A stretch of DNA of 53,213 nt from Octopus bimaculoides (GCF_001194135.2 NC_068986.1:30432875-30486087); one strand, 5' to 3'. Positions 1 to 12,892 are shown, counted from the first letter of the stretch. Program-made: numbers and translations. The notes: generated by a model from the letters alone, not told the origin.

Positions 1-251
1 GTTGCACTCTCTATTCTTTTATTTTTCCTTGAAAAGGATTTATATTCCACGACTCCAATTTCCATTTTCGTCTTTTCCTCCTCTGATGGGGTCAACTTTA
101 CGTTTGGCCCCTCCTTCTTTATCATTTCTTTATATTTTTCAATTTTCTCAGCCATGTCTTCATTCCAATGTATTTCATATTGCTTCAGCAGGCCTACGGC
201 GACGGAAGCTCGACTCCCCATCGCTGCTGCATACGTCTTCATTTTCTCCAT
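1..251 (-). CDS. N-terminal 83 codons of an ORF running off the left edge (MEKMKTYAAAMGSRASVAVGLLKQYEIHWNEDMAEKIEKYKEMIKKEGPNVKLTPSEEEKTKMEIGVVEYKSFSRKNKRIESA...); product unknown, possibly ORF1/gag-like protein of a non-LTR element
   Basis: Manual translation of the minus strand: ATG at 251-249 in gagATGg context, in-frame TAA upstream, no stop to the window edge, K/E-rich composition. A T-rich acceptor (tttttttttag) lies 35 nt upstream, at 287-288. Not in the supplied ORF track. Confidence 0.55.
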   Translation of the reverse strand, partial: MEKMKTYAAAMGSRASVAVGLLKQYEIHWNEDMAEKIEKYKEMIKKEGPNVKLTPSEEEKTKMEIGVVEYKSFSRKNKRIESA

Positions 252-326
252 CTCAGATACGCCCACCAAAAAATAGTGGCGTTATACTAAAAAAAATCGC
301 AGCGAGTAATAACACGTCCGACCAGT

Positions 327-398
327 AAACTCACGGCAGACGAAATACCGCTAAGCATTTCGCCCGGCGTGCTGACGTTTCTGTCAGCTCGCCACCTT
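327..398 (-). mobile_element. SINE family B (ggcgagctggcagaaacgttagc head), 5' fragment
   Basis: Reverse complement matches the heads of the copies at 39022 and 20825; CpGs retained. Confidence 0.8.
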
Positions 399-479
399 TT
401 TGTGCTTGACACTTTGATTTGCCATTGTAGCTCAGCATAACCACAAAATTAACATCTTTGTGCATTTGTTCGTAACGAA

Positions 480-800
480 GTGAAACATGTCGAATATGGC
501 GACCACTGTAGAAACAACTTCCTCAGTAAAGTCGTGTTCGGCAGAAAGACTGATAACATCATACGTTTAACGAAACAAAAAGGCATGACTATCAGACTTG
601 ACTAGTTCCATTATCCTGACCTGACAGACGACCTCGTAAAAATTCACATTGGCAATAACAGGTGATTCTTTCAAACAGCGCGCGACAGCATCCCGGAAGT
701 GAACACGTCGTGCACTAAATTAGATTCAAAAGCTGCCAGCTGCAATCGTTGACAAGGAACCTTACACGATCTATTAATGAAAAACTATTTTCGGATTCGG
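480..800. promoter_or_regulatory. CpG-rich promoter-like segment
   Basis: Locally high CpG; ETS-type CCGGAAGTG at 693-701; YY1-like AATATGGCG near 493-501. Confidence 0.3.
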
Positions 801-1451
801 CTTGTCATCTAGTCAGAAGGTGATGGCTTGCTCCTGTTGTATGTTAAGGCCTGCAGTAATTCTTATTGAAGACATCTTTAAAAAATGGTCCACGTTGGTG
901 TTTTCGAAATTGTCTAGAGATTCCAAGCGAAAAAAACGACAATGTCTTTCGTTAACGTATCAAACATGCAAAGTGAATTATAATGAAAGAAAGAAAGATA
1001 ATTGCTGATATGAGATGAAACAACACAGTTACAACTTAATATGGAAGTCATCATCTTGAACCAATCATTCTGAAATCAATAAATTTTTTTTTTTAAATCA
1101 ATAGGCACAATGCGGCTTTATGATATTCTTTGGTAATTATATGCAATTGTTAGAATCAATCTATCCTATAACACCTTTTCAGTTCTGTGAAACAGAAATA
1201 ACCAAACAAATAAATATACTATGTAACTATATAAAATCACCATATATGAAATCAACAATAATAAACAACATATCCGTTAAATAATGATACGTGTTTTCAG
1301 ATATTTGTATTATTTTGATAGTAAAAAACGAAGGGTAGGATGTCTTCTTTTTTTCCGATACTTTTTGCCGTTTTTTTTTTTTTTTGCACAATTTTTCTAT
1401 TAGAGTTATAATAAAATGTAAGTTTATTTAAATAGCTGATTCAGATAGCCA

Positions 1452-1680
1452 ACTCACCTCATTGTTCACTTCACATGTCGCCTTTTGTCTACTGCTAAAT
1501 TCAATATCACCGTTGGGAAATGAATGCAACAACAGTCTGAAGCGTTTGAAGTGCTCACAAACGAGAATACGTTTGACATGGCGTCTTTCATTGCATGTGT
1601 ATTTAGCGGTGATTGTATGACTTCGCCATGTTTAACTCAAAATGGCGTCTTATGTAATTGATAAACAAAAATGATTTAAC
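1452..1680 (-). promoter_or_regulatory. Candidate promoter and non-coding first exon with splice donor
   Basis: YY1-like AAAATGGCG at 1639-1647, plus ACATGGCG and CGCCATG; minus-strand consensus donor GAG|GTGAGT at 1452-1457. Confidence 0.35.
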
Positions 1681-1994
1681 ATTGCGCCTCACATTGCAGA
1701 CACGCACGCACATATATTGTATTTGTGTGAGGGGGAAGGTTGATAATAATGTTATATATTAGGAAATTATTCATACACACACATTTCATTCTTTTACTTG
1801 CTGGAGAACACACACACATATATGTATGTGTTAGGCAATAAGTGCAAAAACAAGACAATACAAGAGAGACAAGTTTAACGTTTAGAATGATATGGAATAG
1901 TTCTGACTTTTCGAACGTGTGTGTGTAATAAAATAACAATAATAGACTCTTCCCTCAATATCGACGTATGAGGGTCTAACCTTTTGTGTTAGTT

Positions 1995-3450
1995 CTGATG
2001 GTTGGCGTTAGAAACAGTATCTAGCCATAGAAATCAAGCCAAATCAGACTGGAGCTCTCCAGCCCCAATCAAACTGTCTAACACAGTGGTTCCCAAACTT
2101 TTTAGAGATGCGACCCACTATTTATGACACCAGTTTATGGCGACCCACTTAACTCTACTGGGTAAAAACATTAATGAAAGAAACAAATTTATTTCAGATT
2201 ACATTTTCATTGAGGCCTGTGAGAAGGCCTCATTTATATTAAATGTGAAACAAAACGATTTATAACTGTTTCAACGTCTCCATACCCTATGGGCAGGTAT
2301 TAACTCTAATATAGGATCTTTGTGATTTGATGGGCAACACTTGTTTTCTTAACAAAACACTTTCAAACTTGGGACACTGGTAGAATGTGTCATACAAAAC
2401 AACTTTTTCTCTTAGCCTTCTTAACAAAAAAATGTACATCGCAAGTTATTTCATGTTAAAGTATATTTTTCNNNNNNNNNNNNNNNNNNNNNNNNNNNNN
2501 NNNNNNNNNNNNNNNNNNNNNNNNNNNNNNNNNNNNNNNNNNNNNNNNNNNNNNNNNNNNNNNNNNNNNNNNNNNNNNNNNNNNNNNNNNNNNNNNNNNN
2601 NNNNNNNNNNNNNNNNNNNNNNNNNNNNNNNNNNNNNNNNNNNNNNNNNNNNNNNNNNNNNNNNNNNNNNNNNNNNNNNNNNNNNNNNNNNNNNNNNNNN
2701 NNNNNNNNNNNNNNNNNNNNNNNNNNNNNNNNNNNNNNNNNNNNNNNNNNNNNNNNNNNNNNNNNNNNNNNNNNNNNNNNNNNNNNNNNNNNNNNNNNNN
2801 NNNNNNNNNNNNNNNNNNNNNNNNNNNNNNNNNNNNNNNNNNNNNNNNNNNNNNNNNNNNNNNNNNNNNNNNNNNNNNNNNNNNNNNNNNNAATACCATA
2901 TACACCGTCACAGCAGTTACTGTATTCAACTGAATAGACGTCAGTGATTAGTTGAAATTATCGAAATAAGACAATTTTTAACGTGAAATAACTTCGAATA
3001 CAAAATTTATTATCTGTTCTATACCACAAAATATACAAGTATACGAAGTTTGAAAGTGTTTCGGTATCAAAAACACTACATAAAAAAATGTTGCCCGTCA
3101 ACTCACAAAGGTCCCTAATACAAAACCTCGAAGCAGTAACTGTTATCGGCTCGATCAGTGTTGTACTGCGCCTAGTTAAAGTTCTCTATAAATAGGTAAA
3201 AACAGACTTTTCCTTTTTACGATTACGTAGGAATAAATAACTTGAGAAAATGACCACCTCTGAGATTTGTTAAGTTCGTAAAAAAAACCTACTGAGTCTT
3301 GCAGTTAATCAAATCTAATGCGTAATTTTATAACTTTTTGCGAACCACTAGGATTCCGTTTGTGACCAATCAGTGGGTCACAACTCATAGTTTGGGAACC
3401 ACTGGTCTAACAAATGCCATACTGAAAAATAGATGCTAAATGATGATGAT
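1995..3450 (+). mobile_element. RTE LINE 3' end (family C) split by the hAT insertion (1995-2083 plus 3405-3450)
   Basis: gttggcgttag...aaatcagactggagc...aaactgtctaaca resumes after the hAT and ends in gatgatgat. Confidence 0.75.
2084..3404. mobile_element. Non-autonomous hAT (Charlie-type) DNA transposon
   Basis: TIRs CAGTGGTTCCCAAACT (2084-2099) and AGTTTGGGAACCACTG (3389-3404); perfect 8-bp TSD GTCTAACA at 2076-2083 and 3405-3412; internal gap 2472-2890. Confidence 0.9.
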
Positions 3451-3485
3451 ATATATGTGTGTGTGTATACGTCTCTAATGAGATG

Positions 3486-3720
3486 TAGTGAAACTACCTC
3501 CCGCCATTAGATACAAACTGCTATCGCCATTCTTCTCATTTAAATATAAATAAATGCGAGCGTAGTAGAGAACCCATTCCTTGACATCACGTGACTGATC
3601 ATTATTCGAATCGGCAACTTCTTCGAACCGTTCCCGCCAGAACGCAAACTGACCAATCACGGCCCCTAATAAGGTCACGTGATAGAGTAAAATTCTGAAG
3701 CCTTCGGGAGCCCATAGTTT
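3486..3720. promoter_or_regulatory. Promoter-like motif cluster
   Basis: Two palindromic TCACGTGA E-boxes (3587-3594, 3675-3682), GACCAATCA CCAAT box (3651-3659), TTCCCGCC/CTCCCGCC elements, CpG-rich. Confidence 0.45.
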
Positions 3721-5466
3721 GTTATAAATAGCTTTAACTCATACCCAATAATTTGTCTCGGTCCAGTTTCTCTTTGAGAACTGTTCCGTGTACCACACGA
3801 NNNNNNNNNNNNNNNNNNNNNNNNNNNNNNNNNNNNNNNNNNNNNNNNNNNNNNNNNNNNNNNNNNNNNNNNNNNNNNNNNNNNNNNNNNNNNNNNNNNN
3901 NNNNNNNNNNNNNNNNNNNNNNNNNNNNNNNNNNNNNNNNNNNNNNNNNNNNNNNNNNNNNNNNNNNNNNNNNNNNNNNNNNNNNNNNNNNNNNNNNNNN
4001 NNNNNNNNNNNNNNNNNNNNNNNNNNNNNNNNNNNNNNNNNNNNNNNNNNNNNNNNNNNNNNNNNNNNNNNNNNNNNNNNNNNNNNNNNNNNNNNNNNNN
4101 NNNNNNNNNNNNNNNNNNNNNNNNNNNNNNNNNNNNNNNNNNNNNNNNNNNNNNNNNNNNNNNNNNNNNNNNNNNNNNNNNNNNNNNNNNNNNNNNNNNN
4201 TTATATGTCGCATTCACACTCTCACACAGACATACATCTTTAACGCTATAATAAATATCTCTGTTATTCATCTAATACGGTTGTGGTCTTTCATTACTGG
4301 TCATCTATGTTATCGTCGCATAACATACCATCTATATCATCTTCGATATATATTTGTATGTTCGACCGTGTGACACGTTTAAATAAAAGGAGTCCTCTGT
4401 TTTTCCATTCGTCACCATTGCTCCTTTTTGAGTTCGCACGGTCGTCCCTTACAGAGACTAACACATAAAGCGCGACGGGCCACAATTGTGGCTGTCAGGC
4501 ACAGGTCGACAGGCTACGATCGTGGCCCAGATAGATGCATTTAATCTATGGGCATTTGTTGGGGTCTAATGTCACTTAAACGCTCCGATACCCACCAAAA
4601 TGCAAAAGGATTAATAGTTCAACTAATGACTTTTCAGATGATATAAAACTTGCCACCATTATATACTAAGAAGATATTTGAACTATTTTGGGTTTTTTTA
4701 TGTGTGCATGGTAGTCTCATTTTCATAAAATGTGCTCAGCAGTCCATGCGATGTAAGTGCAAATCCCAGCGCTATATGGTTTAAGTTATTGACTTACAGA
4801 CAAGTCCATTGACTGAACATCAAAAGTGATTGCTATTCAAAGTAGATGGCATATTCGTTTGAATTTTTGTTTTGCTCTCAGTTTTTTTAAGATGATCCAG
4901 ATGGCTCAATTCATAGTGCCTTATGGTTTTATAGCAAGTTAACCCACCGTTAATCGAATCGCATTCATTACAATAAAATACAACACGGGTTTCTGAACAA
5001 CCCTGTATATGTATACAGATGTAACATAAAAATTATAAAATATGCTTATATCGGTGAAATACACAAACAATTTCACTGGGTTTGATTCAGGTTATTATTC
5101 ACGAGTAATGATTAAAAGAAATATAAACAGGCTATGACATAAAATCTGAGTGAAATCAATAAATAGAAATATCAAATTCGAAATATGCTACATAAATCAA
5201 ATATGGAATATCATATATCCAAATGCGCTTGTCATACAAACTCATTTCATTGGTTATTCAAATCACCTGCTCCCCCCCTTTCTCTCCGTCTCTCTCTCTC
5301 TCTCACACACACACATGCATACATACATACATATATACATGTATCTATCTATCTATCTATATATATACATGGCAAATAAGAAAATGGAGAGAATACAAAA
5401 GCAACATAGATCAGCCGGTAGACATTCTAGTATGTCTATTTATTCCTATTAGAAGAATACATACAC

Positions 5467-5618
5467 ATGTAATAACTATGTATTACATACACGTTCTAAT
5501 ATTACAGAAAAGAGCAAAAGATCAGATTGTCAGTAGGAACTAGTATCTACTGACAATCCGATCTTTTGCTCTTTTCTGTAATATTAGTACATGTGTACGT
5601 AATACATGGTTATTACAT
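5467..5618. repeat. Near-perfect inverted repeat (about 70-bp arms, 10-nt loop)
   Basis: Arm 5467-5536 pairs with arm 5547-5618, e.g. ttacagaaaagagcaaaagatcagattgtcagtag with ctactgacaatccgatcttttgctcttttctgtaa. Confidence 0.9.
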
Positions 5619-5943
5619 CGTCGTCGTCGTCGTTGTTTAACGTTCGCTTTCCATGCTAGCATGGGTTGGACGGTTTGACTGAGGACTAACAAGCCAGAAG
5701 GCTGCACCAGGTTCCAATCTGATCTGGCAAAGTTTCTACAGTTGGATGTCCTTCCTAACGCCAACCACTCCGAGAGTGTAGTGGGTAGTTTTACATGCCA
5801 CAAGCACGAGAGCCAGTCAGGCGGTACTGGCAACGGCCACGCTCAAACGTGCCACCTGCATGGGAGCCAGTCCAGCAGCACTGGCAACGACTACACTCGA
5901 ATGTTCTTTTTCACGTGCCACCGGCACATGTGCCAGTAAGGCG
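5619..5943 (-). mobile_element. RTE LINE 3' UTR copy (family C)
   Basis: tttccatgctagcatgggttggacg...tcctaacgccaaccactccgagagtgtagtggg with ggcac subrepeats; ends at a gap. Confidence 0.85.
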
Positions 5944-6154
5944 NNNNNNNNNNNNNNNNNNNNNNNNNNNNNNNNNNNNNNNNNNNNNNNNNNNNNNNNN
6001 NNNNNNNNNNNNNNNNNNNNNNNNNNNNNNNNNNNNNNNNNNNNNNNNNNNNNNNNNNNNNNNNNNNNNNNNNNNNNNNNNNNNNNNNNNNNNNNNNNNN
6101 NNNNNNNNNNNNNNNNNNNNNNNNNNNNNNNNNNNNNNNNNNNNNNNNNNNNNN

Positions 6155-6194
<40 letters not shown>

Positions 6195-7094
6195 CAAATA
6201 GAAGAGTATAATGAATAAATGCTCTAATTGGTCAAAGTAACTTCATAACATTCCCATCTTATCACAATATCGAAAATAGATATATGCAAACATGGTAGTG
6301 CACCAACATAGCCACAGTCGTTGGGCTGGAACACATAAAGGAAAGTAGATGAAATATATTGCATGCTTAGATCTGTTGATGACCAAACAAAGCTTTGATA
6401 ATGTATTTGTGCAGGTGGTGTGACTTCATATAAATACATCAACACGAATGCATAACAAAAATTGCTGTAATAACACATGCACACATACATATATGTTATA
6501 TATACACTGATTTATGTGAAATGTTTCTAAAACCATGTCTTAGTTTATCAAAAGCTTACCACCACTCTAAGGCATCTTTCCATTTTTATTAATTTTCATT
6601 AATTCTCATTAATTCATTAATTTTCTTATAGTGCAACAGATTTGTCAAGCTGACTGCCTTATGGCTGAATTCCAGAAGTGTTTCATTTCCCAACCACATG
6701 TCTAATGAAAGATTGGATTTTTGTTGGTCTTTTCTTTTTTTTTTCCAAAGTTTTTGCCAAAATATTTTGAATATATTTTTCTTTAATTTTCCATACAATT
6801 ATAACTTGGTTCTAGACTAGAGGAATTCAGATCGTTATTTAATGCAGTTAATGCACAAAAGTAATCTAAATAGTTTACAGACAGACATTCCTGTATGTTC
6901 TAACTAGTTCCAGAGCAACTCGATTTATCATATCAAAGTATTTTATTAATTTTATCTTTTTTATTTCCTCTGAGTTCAATTCTCAGCTTTGGTCAGCATC
7001 GCCTTTCACCTTTCAGGAGTCAAAAGAAGAATGTAACAGATTAGTTCTTGGGGGATCTATATAAACCTATGTACCCCTTCCCGAAACGTAAACT

Positions 7095-7285
7095 CATTTT
7101 ACTCATTGGACTGCAGCCATACTGGGGCACTGCCTTTTTTTATAGTTGAATAAACTGATCCCTGTACCTCATTTGTTAAATTTAGTAATCATTCTATTGG
7201 TCTCTTTTTGCTGAACCAGTAAATTATGGGGATGTAAACAAACCAATACTAGTTGTCAAGTAGGAAGGGGAAATAAACACATGCA
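7095..7285 (-). mobile_element. SINE family A, degraded 3' part
   Basis: Similar to 18610-18800 (gactgcagccatactggggcac...ggggatgtaaacaaacc). Confidence 0.65.
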
Positions 7286-7311
7286 TACTCATATATATGT
7301 GTGTGCGTATA

Positions 7312-7312
7312 T

Positions 7313-7374
<62 letters not shown>

Positions 7375-7400
7375 ATATATATATATATATATATATATAC
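7312..7400. repeat. (CT)n followed by (TA)n microsatellites
   Basis: Direct reading. Confidence 0.95.
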
Positions 7401-9212
7401 TGAACTTTCACACAGTTTCTTATTATTTCTTTACTGCCCACAAAGAGGGGACAAACAATTAAGAACTTTGCAGTCTGCACAATTACAAAGCTTCCCCATC
7501 TTTTATTTTCTCTTACATGATAGCTGTATATCTATAACATAGCCAGAACTGCATTTCGAAGGACAAAAAATACTTTAACTGTGAGCAGCTGCTGTTCCTC
7601 TCCAAAACACAATTATACTCACACAAAGCACAATTATGCTCAGATATTTGGAATGAAGCAACAACTACTAAGACAAGAATTTTTAACTGTATATCCACAA
7701 AATGGCCATCCAACTTTCCTTCATTAATATACTATAACAACTATTAGTTTCAGTTTCCTATCTCCTGTATTTAAGCTTTTATATTGTTACTATAACGGTT
7801 ATGTTCCTCTGAATTAGTTAACTGTATACCACATCTACAATGTTGCTTTGATGTAAAGAACAAAGATGGAGAGAAACAAGGGAAATTATATCTTAATAAG
7901 ACCTCTTCTAATAATATCAATGTTGACAGATAACTTTTGTTTGAATTTCCCAACTGAGAAAAGCCTCATAATTCTCTTTTCTTTTCATCATCCCTACAAT
8001 GTCTCCCCACAAGAAATTGTACTTAGTTCTTTGCTTAACCCTTTTATCTCTGAAATTTATGGAAATCCTTTTCATTCCACATTCAATAGGTTCACCCTGA
8101 TCAGTCTGAAGTAGTTTGCAAAAGCTGCAGGCATTGCCTCTTCCTATTTTATATTCAGTTAGTCGAAAGTAGACAGCAGCAGTATTCATAGTAGGTCTTT
8201 CCAACTGCTGAAGTCAAACTAGTTGAATATTCAATGATGTGAATGCTGGGAAATATATCAAGGAAGCATTCTACATACTACATATAAATACAGTATGCTC
8301 ACAGATGTAAAAACAATGTTTTTGTTTTTTAAATTCGATCAAATTATGCAATCAGTGGTAAGCAAAATATCCCTCAAGAGGTTTTTAAAATTCAAAAACA
8401 AGCAAGCGAGATTAACTCCAGTCTACTTTGTCTGTATTACCCCACACTTTTGGTCAACTGATCTTATGAGAGTAACATCTCTTGCTTATTACTTTTGGAG
8501 ATACTTAGCACTCTAAAGGAAGTTTTTTTTTCAATTAATTGTCTGGATAATCAGTTGATCGAGGTATTTCAACTCACTATATTATGTACATAAGATGTTG
8601 CACAACAGAGTTCAGCTTGAACTCTGGCAATTTAATGTCTGGAGAAGGATTACAGAATAGTAGGGGATTTGTAAAGTGTTGTAGTTCTGATATAAAAGTA
8701 TTAAGCAAAATGTTCAGCACAGGTTTTGATAGTGAGACACGAGAGAGAGGTTTGGAGAGGAGAGACATAGATTAAATAACAATTTTTATAACATTAATTG
8801 AAAGCTAACTCGCACGAATGTAAAGAAAGATGTGAATCTCTCATGAGAATCACACTGAAAATAACATCTAAACAGAAAAGATGTGTCTTGTCTTAATGCT
8901 ACAGAAACAAGTAATTATATTAAGTTGTCACGGTATGTATATTACTGAATACACTGTAGTAGAGTTTAACATATTCCTTTTAAGATTGACTCAAATCTCT
9001 TAATGAACTTCTTTTATCCCACTTGGGAAATGGAATATTATATTTGCTAAGTCCACAGAATCCTTGACATTTCTAGACTTGCCTGATCTTTTACTCAAGA
9101 TGATGTACTTTCAATTATCTCGTCTTATATCAGCATTCATTATTTCTAACAGAAGAGAGACAAACCTTGGTTTTCTAGTTAAATACACTGCTTACTACTT
9201 ACTGGATTGGTG

Positions 9213-9365
9213 CAGGCATGGCTGTGTGGTTAAGCAGTTTGCTTTGTAACCACATGGTTCCATATCCAATTCCATTGGATGCTATCTTGGATAAGTGTCT
9301 TCTATTATAGACTTTGCCTGACCAATTCCTTGTGAGTGGAAGTTAGTAAATAGAAACTGCAAAAA
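9213..9365 (+). mobile_element. SINE family A, tRNA-like head fragment
   Basis: ggcatggctgtgtggttaag...accacatggttcc...gtgtcttctattatag. Confidence 0.7.
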
Positions 9366-9384
9366 CATTCCCATATGAATATGA

Positions 9385-9482
9385 TCAGAACCTGGTAGAG
9401 CTCTCTGGCTTACCAGTTTTTAGTCAAACTGCCCGACCCATGCCAGCATAGAAAACAGACGTTAAATGATGATGATGATGAT
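9385..9482 (+). mobile_element. RTE 3' tail fragment (family C)
   Basis: cccatgccagcatagaaaacagacgttaaatgatgatgatg. Confidence 0.75.
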
Positions 9483-11192
9483 GTGCCTGTCTGTGTCTGT
9501 GTTGATTACAGACTAAAAACCACTGTTGTTGTTTATGTTCTGTCCCCTTATATTTCTATAACTTAGTGGTTTAATTAATTAAATGAAATACTGGTATCTG
9601 TATGTTAATGTAAATTAGTGCAAACTGTAAGAGGTTCTGATTCACCAGTGTCCAGAAAGTTGGTGTGGTACCTGTACCATTCATATTAAAATCATTGGAG
9701 CTGATTGATATTTCTAATGAGAGACATAATAATACATTTAAGATTCTGAATTATCAGGTTTTTTTTATTTATGGCAAATTAATTAATCTTTTTACTGGAG
9801 TTCATTTGGTTCTAACAAAATATTTTGCAGATGAGCCTTATTACGACTGTCTTATCCTGGTCGTGTGTCTCATGTCATTTTCTTAAGAATATTGCATGTG
9901 TTTCTCTACTTAAGTGTTAGAATAGTGTTATTGATTTGAACTTACAAAAGTTTCACTGTATCATTATGAGAAGGAATCACGCTTTTTGCCTATCTCTTAC
10001 TTCATGACGATGTTCAATAATCTATTCAATATTCTAGTGAGATTGATAGATTTATGATCAAGTATATCAGTTGCAAGATATTAATTCTTATATACTTATT
10101 GAATCAAGCTGATGTACTTAGCACAGATCTCATATAATCAGCATTTCAAATCAATCCTAAATCCAGACATTTCAATATATCCAAGGAATTCCAGGATATT
10201 TTACTTACAATTTTCCCACAAATACAGATTGTTCCTTCTTGTGTTCTTGCATTGCTAAATTTAATCATTCAAAATAGTATTTTCTTTTTATTATTCACCA
10301 GTGTGATGGAAGGAACTTATTATTTTCCAGCTCATGAATACTGCACATTACCATAACCTTCACTAACAATATCATATGTCAATCTTTCATAAAATCTTTG
10401 GTGAGATATTGAGGAAGGATACATTATAAGACATATTTTATTGATGGTTGGAACTATAGAAAAAATGGTTCACTAGATAATGATAATTTGAATTCAGCTG
10501 GAAGATTTACCACCTTTACTAATACTTTTCTGTTTTGGCTGAATCTTCTTTTTCTCTTTTACCAACTTGGCTTTTTATACATCATTTCTTAACTTCTGTA
10601 AGTTTTACAATAATAATTGAAGATATAGGGTTCTAAAATGGTAACTGGATTTGGTAACTAATGCTCAATGAGAACTTCTGTAAGAAAATAATAACTATAA
10701 AAAACGTGGAGTTTGTCTCCTTATTTATCTACCTGCCTACCAATCTAAGTACTTGTCTAAATAAATGGATAATAATAAAAAGCATTAACAGTACAGAAAT
10801 AATAATGATTTCTTTTTATTTTCCCCAAGGGCAACAAATAAGGGGACATTACAAGGACAGGTTATGCTACTTGATAGTTTTCACAAAACCACTAACAAGA
10901 AACAAAGACAGGAAAACAATAATATCAAAAGAAATAAGATAATCACCAAGTGCCAAACAAGAAACCCCAAAGATTCAAAGATTATTATTACTCTAATAAT
11001 AATAGTGGCTCCTTGGATAGATGCTGAAGATATTGCAAAAGAATACTAATGGTACTACGAACTGACATCATTAGAGGACAAGAAGTTCGAACATAAAGGT
11101 ATATTACATGCCATCTTCAGAATTTTGGTTGATGGTGATTTGAAAACTGGGGTTTGTTGATTTTTTTTTTACTGCTTCAGTTGACCTTTGTT

Positions 11193-11244
<52 letters not shown>

Positions 11245-11299
11245 TTTTTATTTATTTATTTTTGCTTAGTCTCTCCAGGTCTTCCAGGCATTCAGCTCT

Positions 11300-11492
11300 T
11301 TATACTCTTTTCTCCTCTAGGCAGTCAATTAGATCAACTCCAGTATGCAACTGGTACTTAATTTATTGGCCCCCAAAAGGATGAAAGGTAACATTGACCT
11401 CAGCGGAATTTGAACTCAGTACGTAAAGACAGATGAAATACTGCTAAGCATTTCGCTCAGTGTACTAACGTTTCTGCCAGCTTGCTGCCCTC
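11300..11492 (-). mobile_element. SINE family B
   Basis: ggtacttaatttattggccccc...gaatttgaactcag...ctaagcatttcg...tttctgccagcttgc. Confidence 0.85.
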
Positions 11493-12565
11493 TGAGGTTA
11501 TTGATACTGCAACAAATGTAGTGAGCATTTTGCCCTGTCCATCTATCTCACACCCATTTTCTTAGAACTTTCTACTGGGAACAGTCTGATATAGTTGTGA
11601 CCTTCAAGAGCCAATAGGACTTACAAGTCACTTTCTGCTTAACCTTGCTTTAACCAATCTCCCATAGTGCAATACAAAAGTGACAACTAGCTACAGACCA
11701 GTATCATTTCCAGCATCTCTTACCAATCTCATATTTGTCCCCCACCCCATACTGGAACACAAATGTATAGTCACAAATATATCCAACAATTTCAGCCTGT
11801 GCTTTGACTGATTCTTGAGTTTTGAAGATACAGCAAATAGTTCCATAAATTTTACCTTTTTTTAGTTGAGCGGATTTCTTCCAATATAATCTTAATACCT
11901 TTTTAATCTAATTGACCTGAAGAAAGATCTAGTCCACTTCCATTATTTTGCAATCAGAGGAATATAATTTTTCTCTTTGCTTTCTTCAGTTTAGTTTATT
12001 GCAAAAATTGATCATAGAGTTCTTTCTCATTCCAGCAGTTTTGTCCTGAGATTCTTCTTTTCTATTCTAGAAATCTTCTCCTGTTTTAGTGACTTATTTC
12101 ATATTTTTAATATATAATCTTTTCTCGCTATGCACAACATAATTTTCCAAACCCCAAATCACAGCGTTAATGATGTCTTTTGCATTTAACAAAACCTCTG
12201 TCTCCTTCCATTCTTGGCAAACAGAGCCTGTCAGTATTATTTATCATTATTATAGAAATCATCATCATCATCATCATCACCATCATCATTATTTTAATAC
12301 TGACTACTGATATAGTCAGTCTTATAATAATGATGATGGTGATGATAGAAAGGATTATTATTTCATTTTATTTCTTTTTTTTTATTACTGACTATATCAA
12401 ACTTATGTAGGTCATATGGGCCTCAACTGTTATCTATCTGTTCTTGCGCTGAGAACATAATTATTGACTACAGAAAAAGAGGAAAAAATCTAGTTGATTT
12501 ATATATCAAAACTATGTGATCTATACTTTTTTAAAGATTGATCATGGCATTGAAATATAACCTTG

Positions 12566-12609
<44 letters not shown>

Positions 12610-12892
12610 ATATATATATGTATGTAAGTATATATATGTGTGTGTGTCTGTGTACATGTTTGTATATATATGTATACATTTACACACACACACACGCACG
12701 CACACACACACATACATACATATATANNNNNNNNNNNNNNNNNNNNNNNNNNNNNNNNNNNNNNNNNNNNNNNNNNNNNNNNNNNNNNNNNNNNNNNNNN
12801 NNNNNNNNNNNNNNNNNNNNNNNNNNNNNNNNNNNNNNNNNNNNNNNNNNNNNNNNNNNNNNNNNNNNNNNNNNNNNNNNNNNNNNNNNNNN

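Noticed and set aside
470-495. GAAACATGTC, a hammerhead-like stem III with GUC
   Set aside because: No CUGANGA-like core or proper stem II upstream.
8579-8639. Minus-strand 61-nt exon candidate (IKLPEFKLNSVVQHLMYII)
   Set aside because: Supported only by splice-like motifs; no homology or partner exon.
10329-10404. Minus-strand acceptor and RFYERLTYDIVSEGYGNVQYS* as a possible last exon
   Set aside because: Phase does not fit the other candidates, there is no recognisable homology, and similar short frames occur by chance.
11710-11865. Minus frame KKGKIYGTICCIFKTQESVKAQAE..., possibly a decayed ORF1-like segment
   Set aside because: Flanking frames are full of stops and the similarity is only impressionistic.
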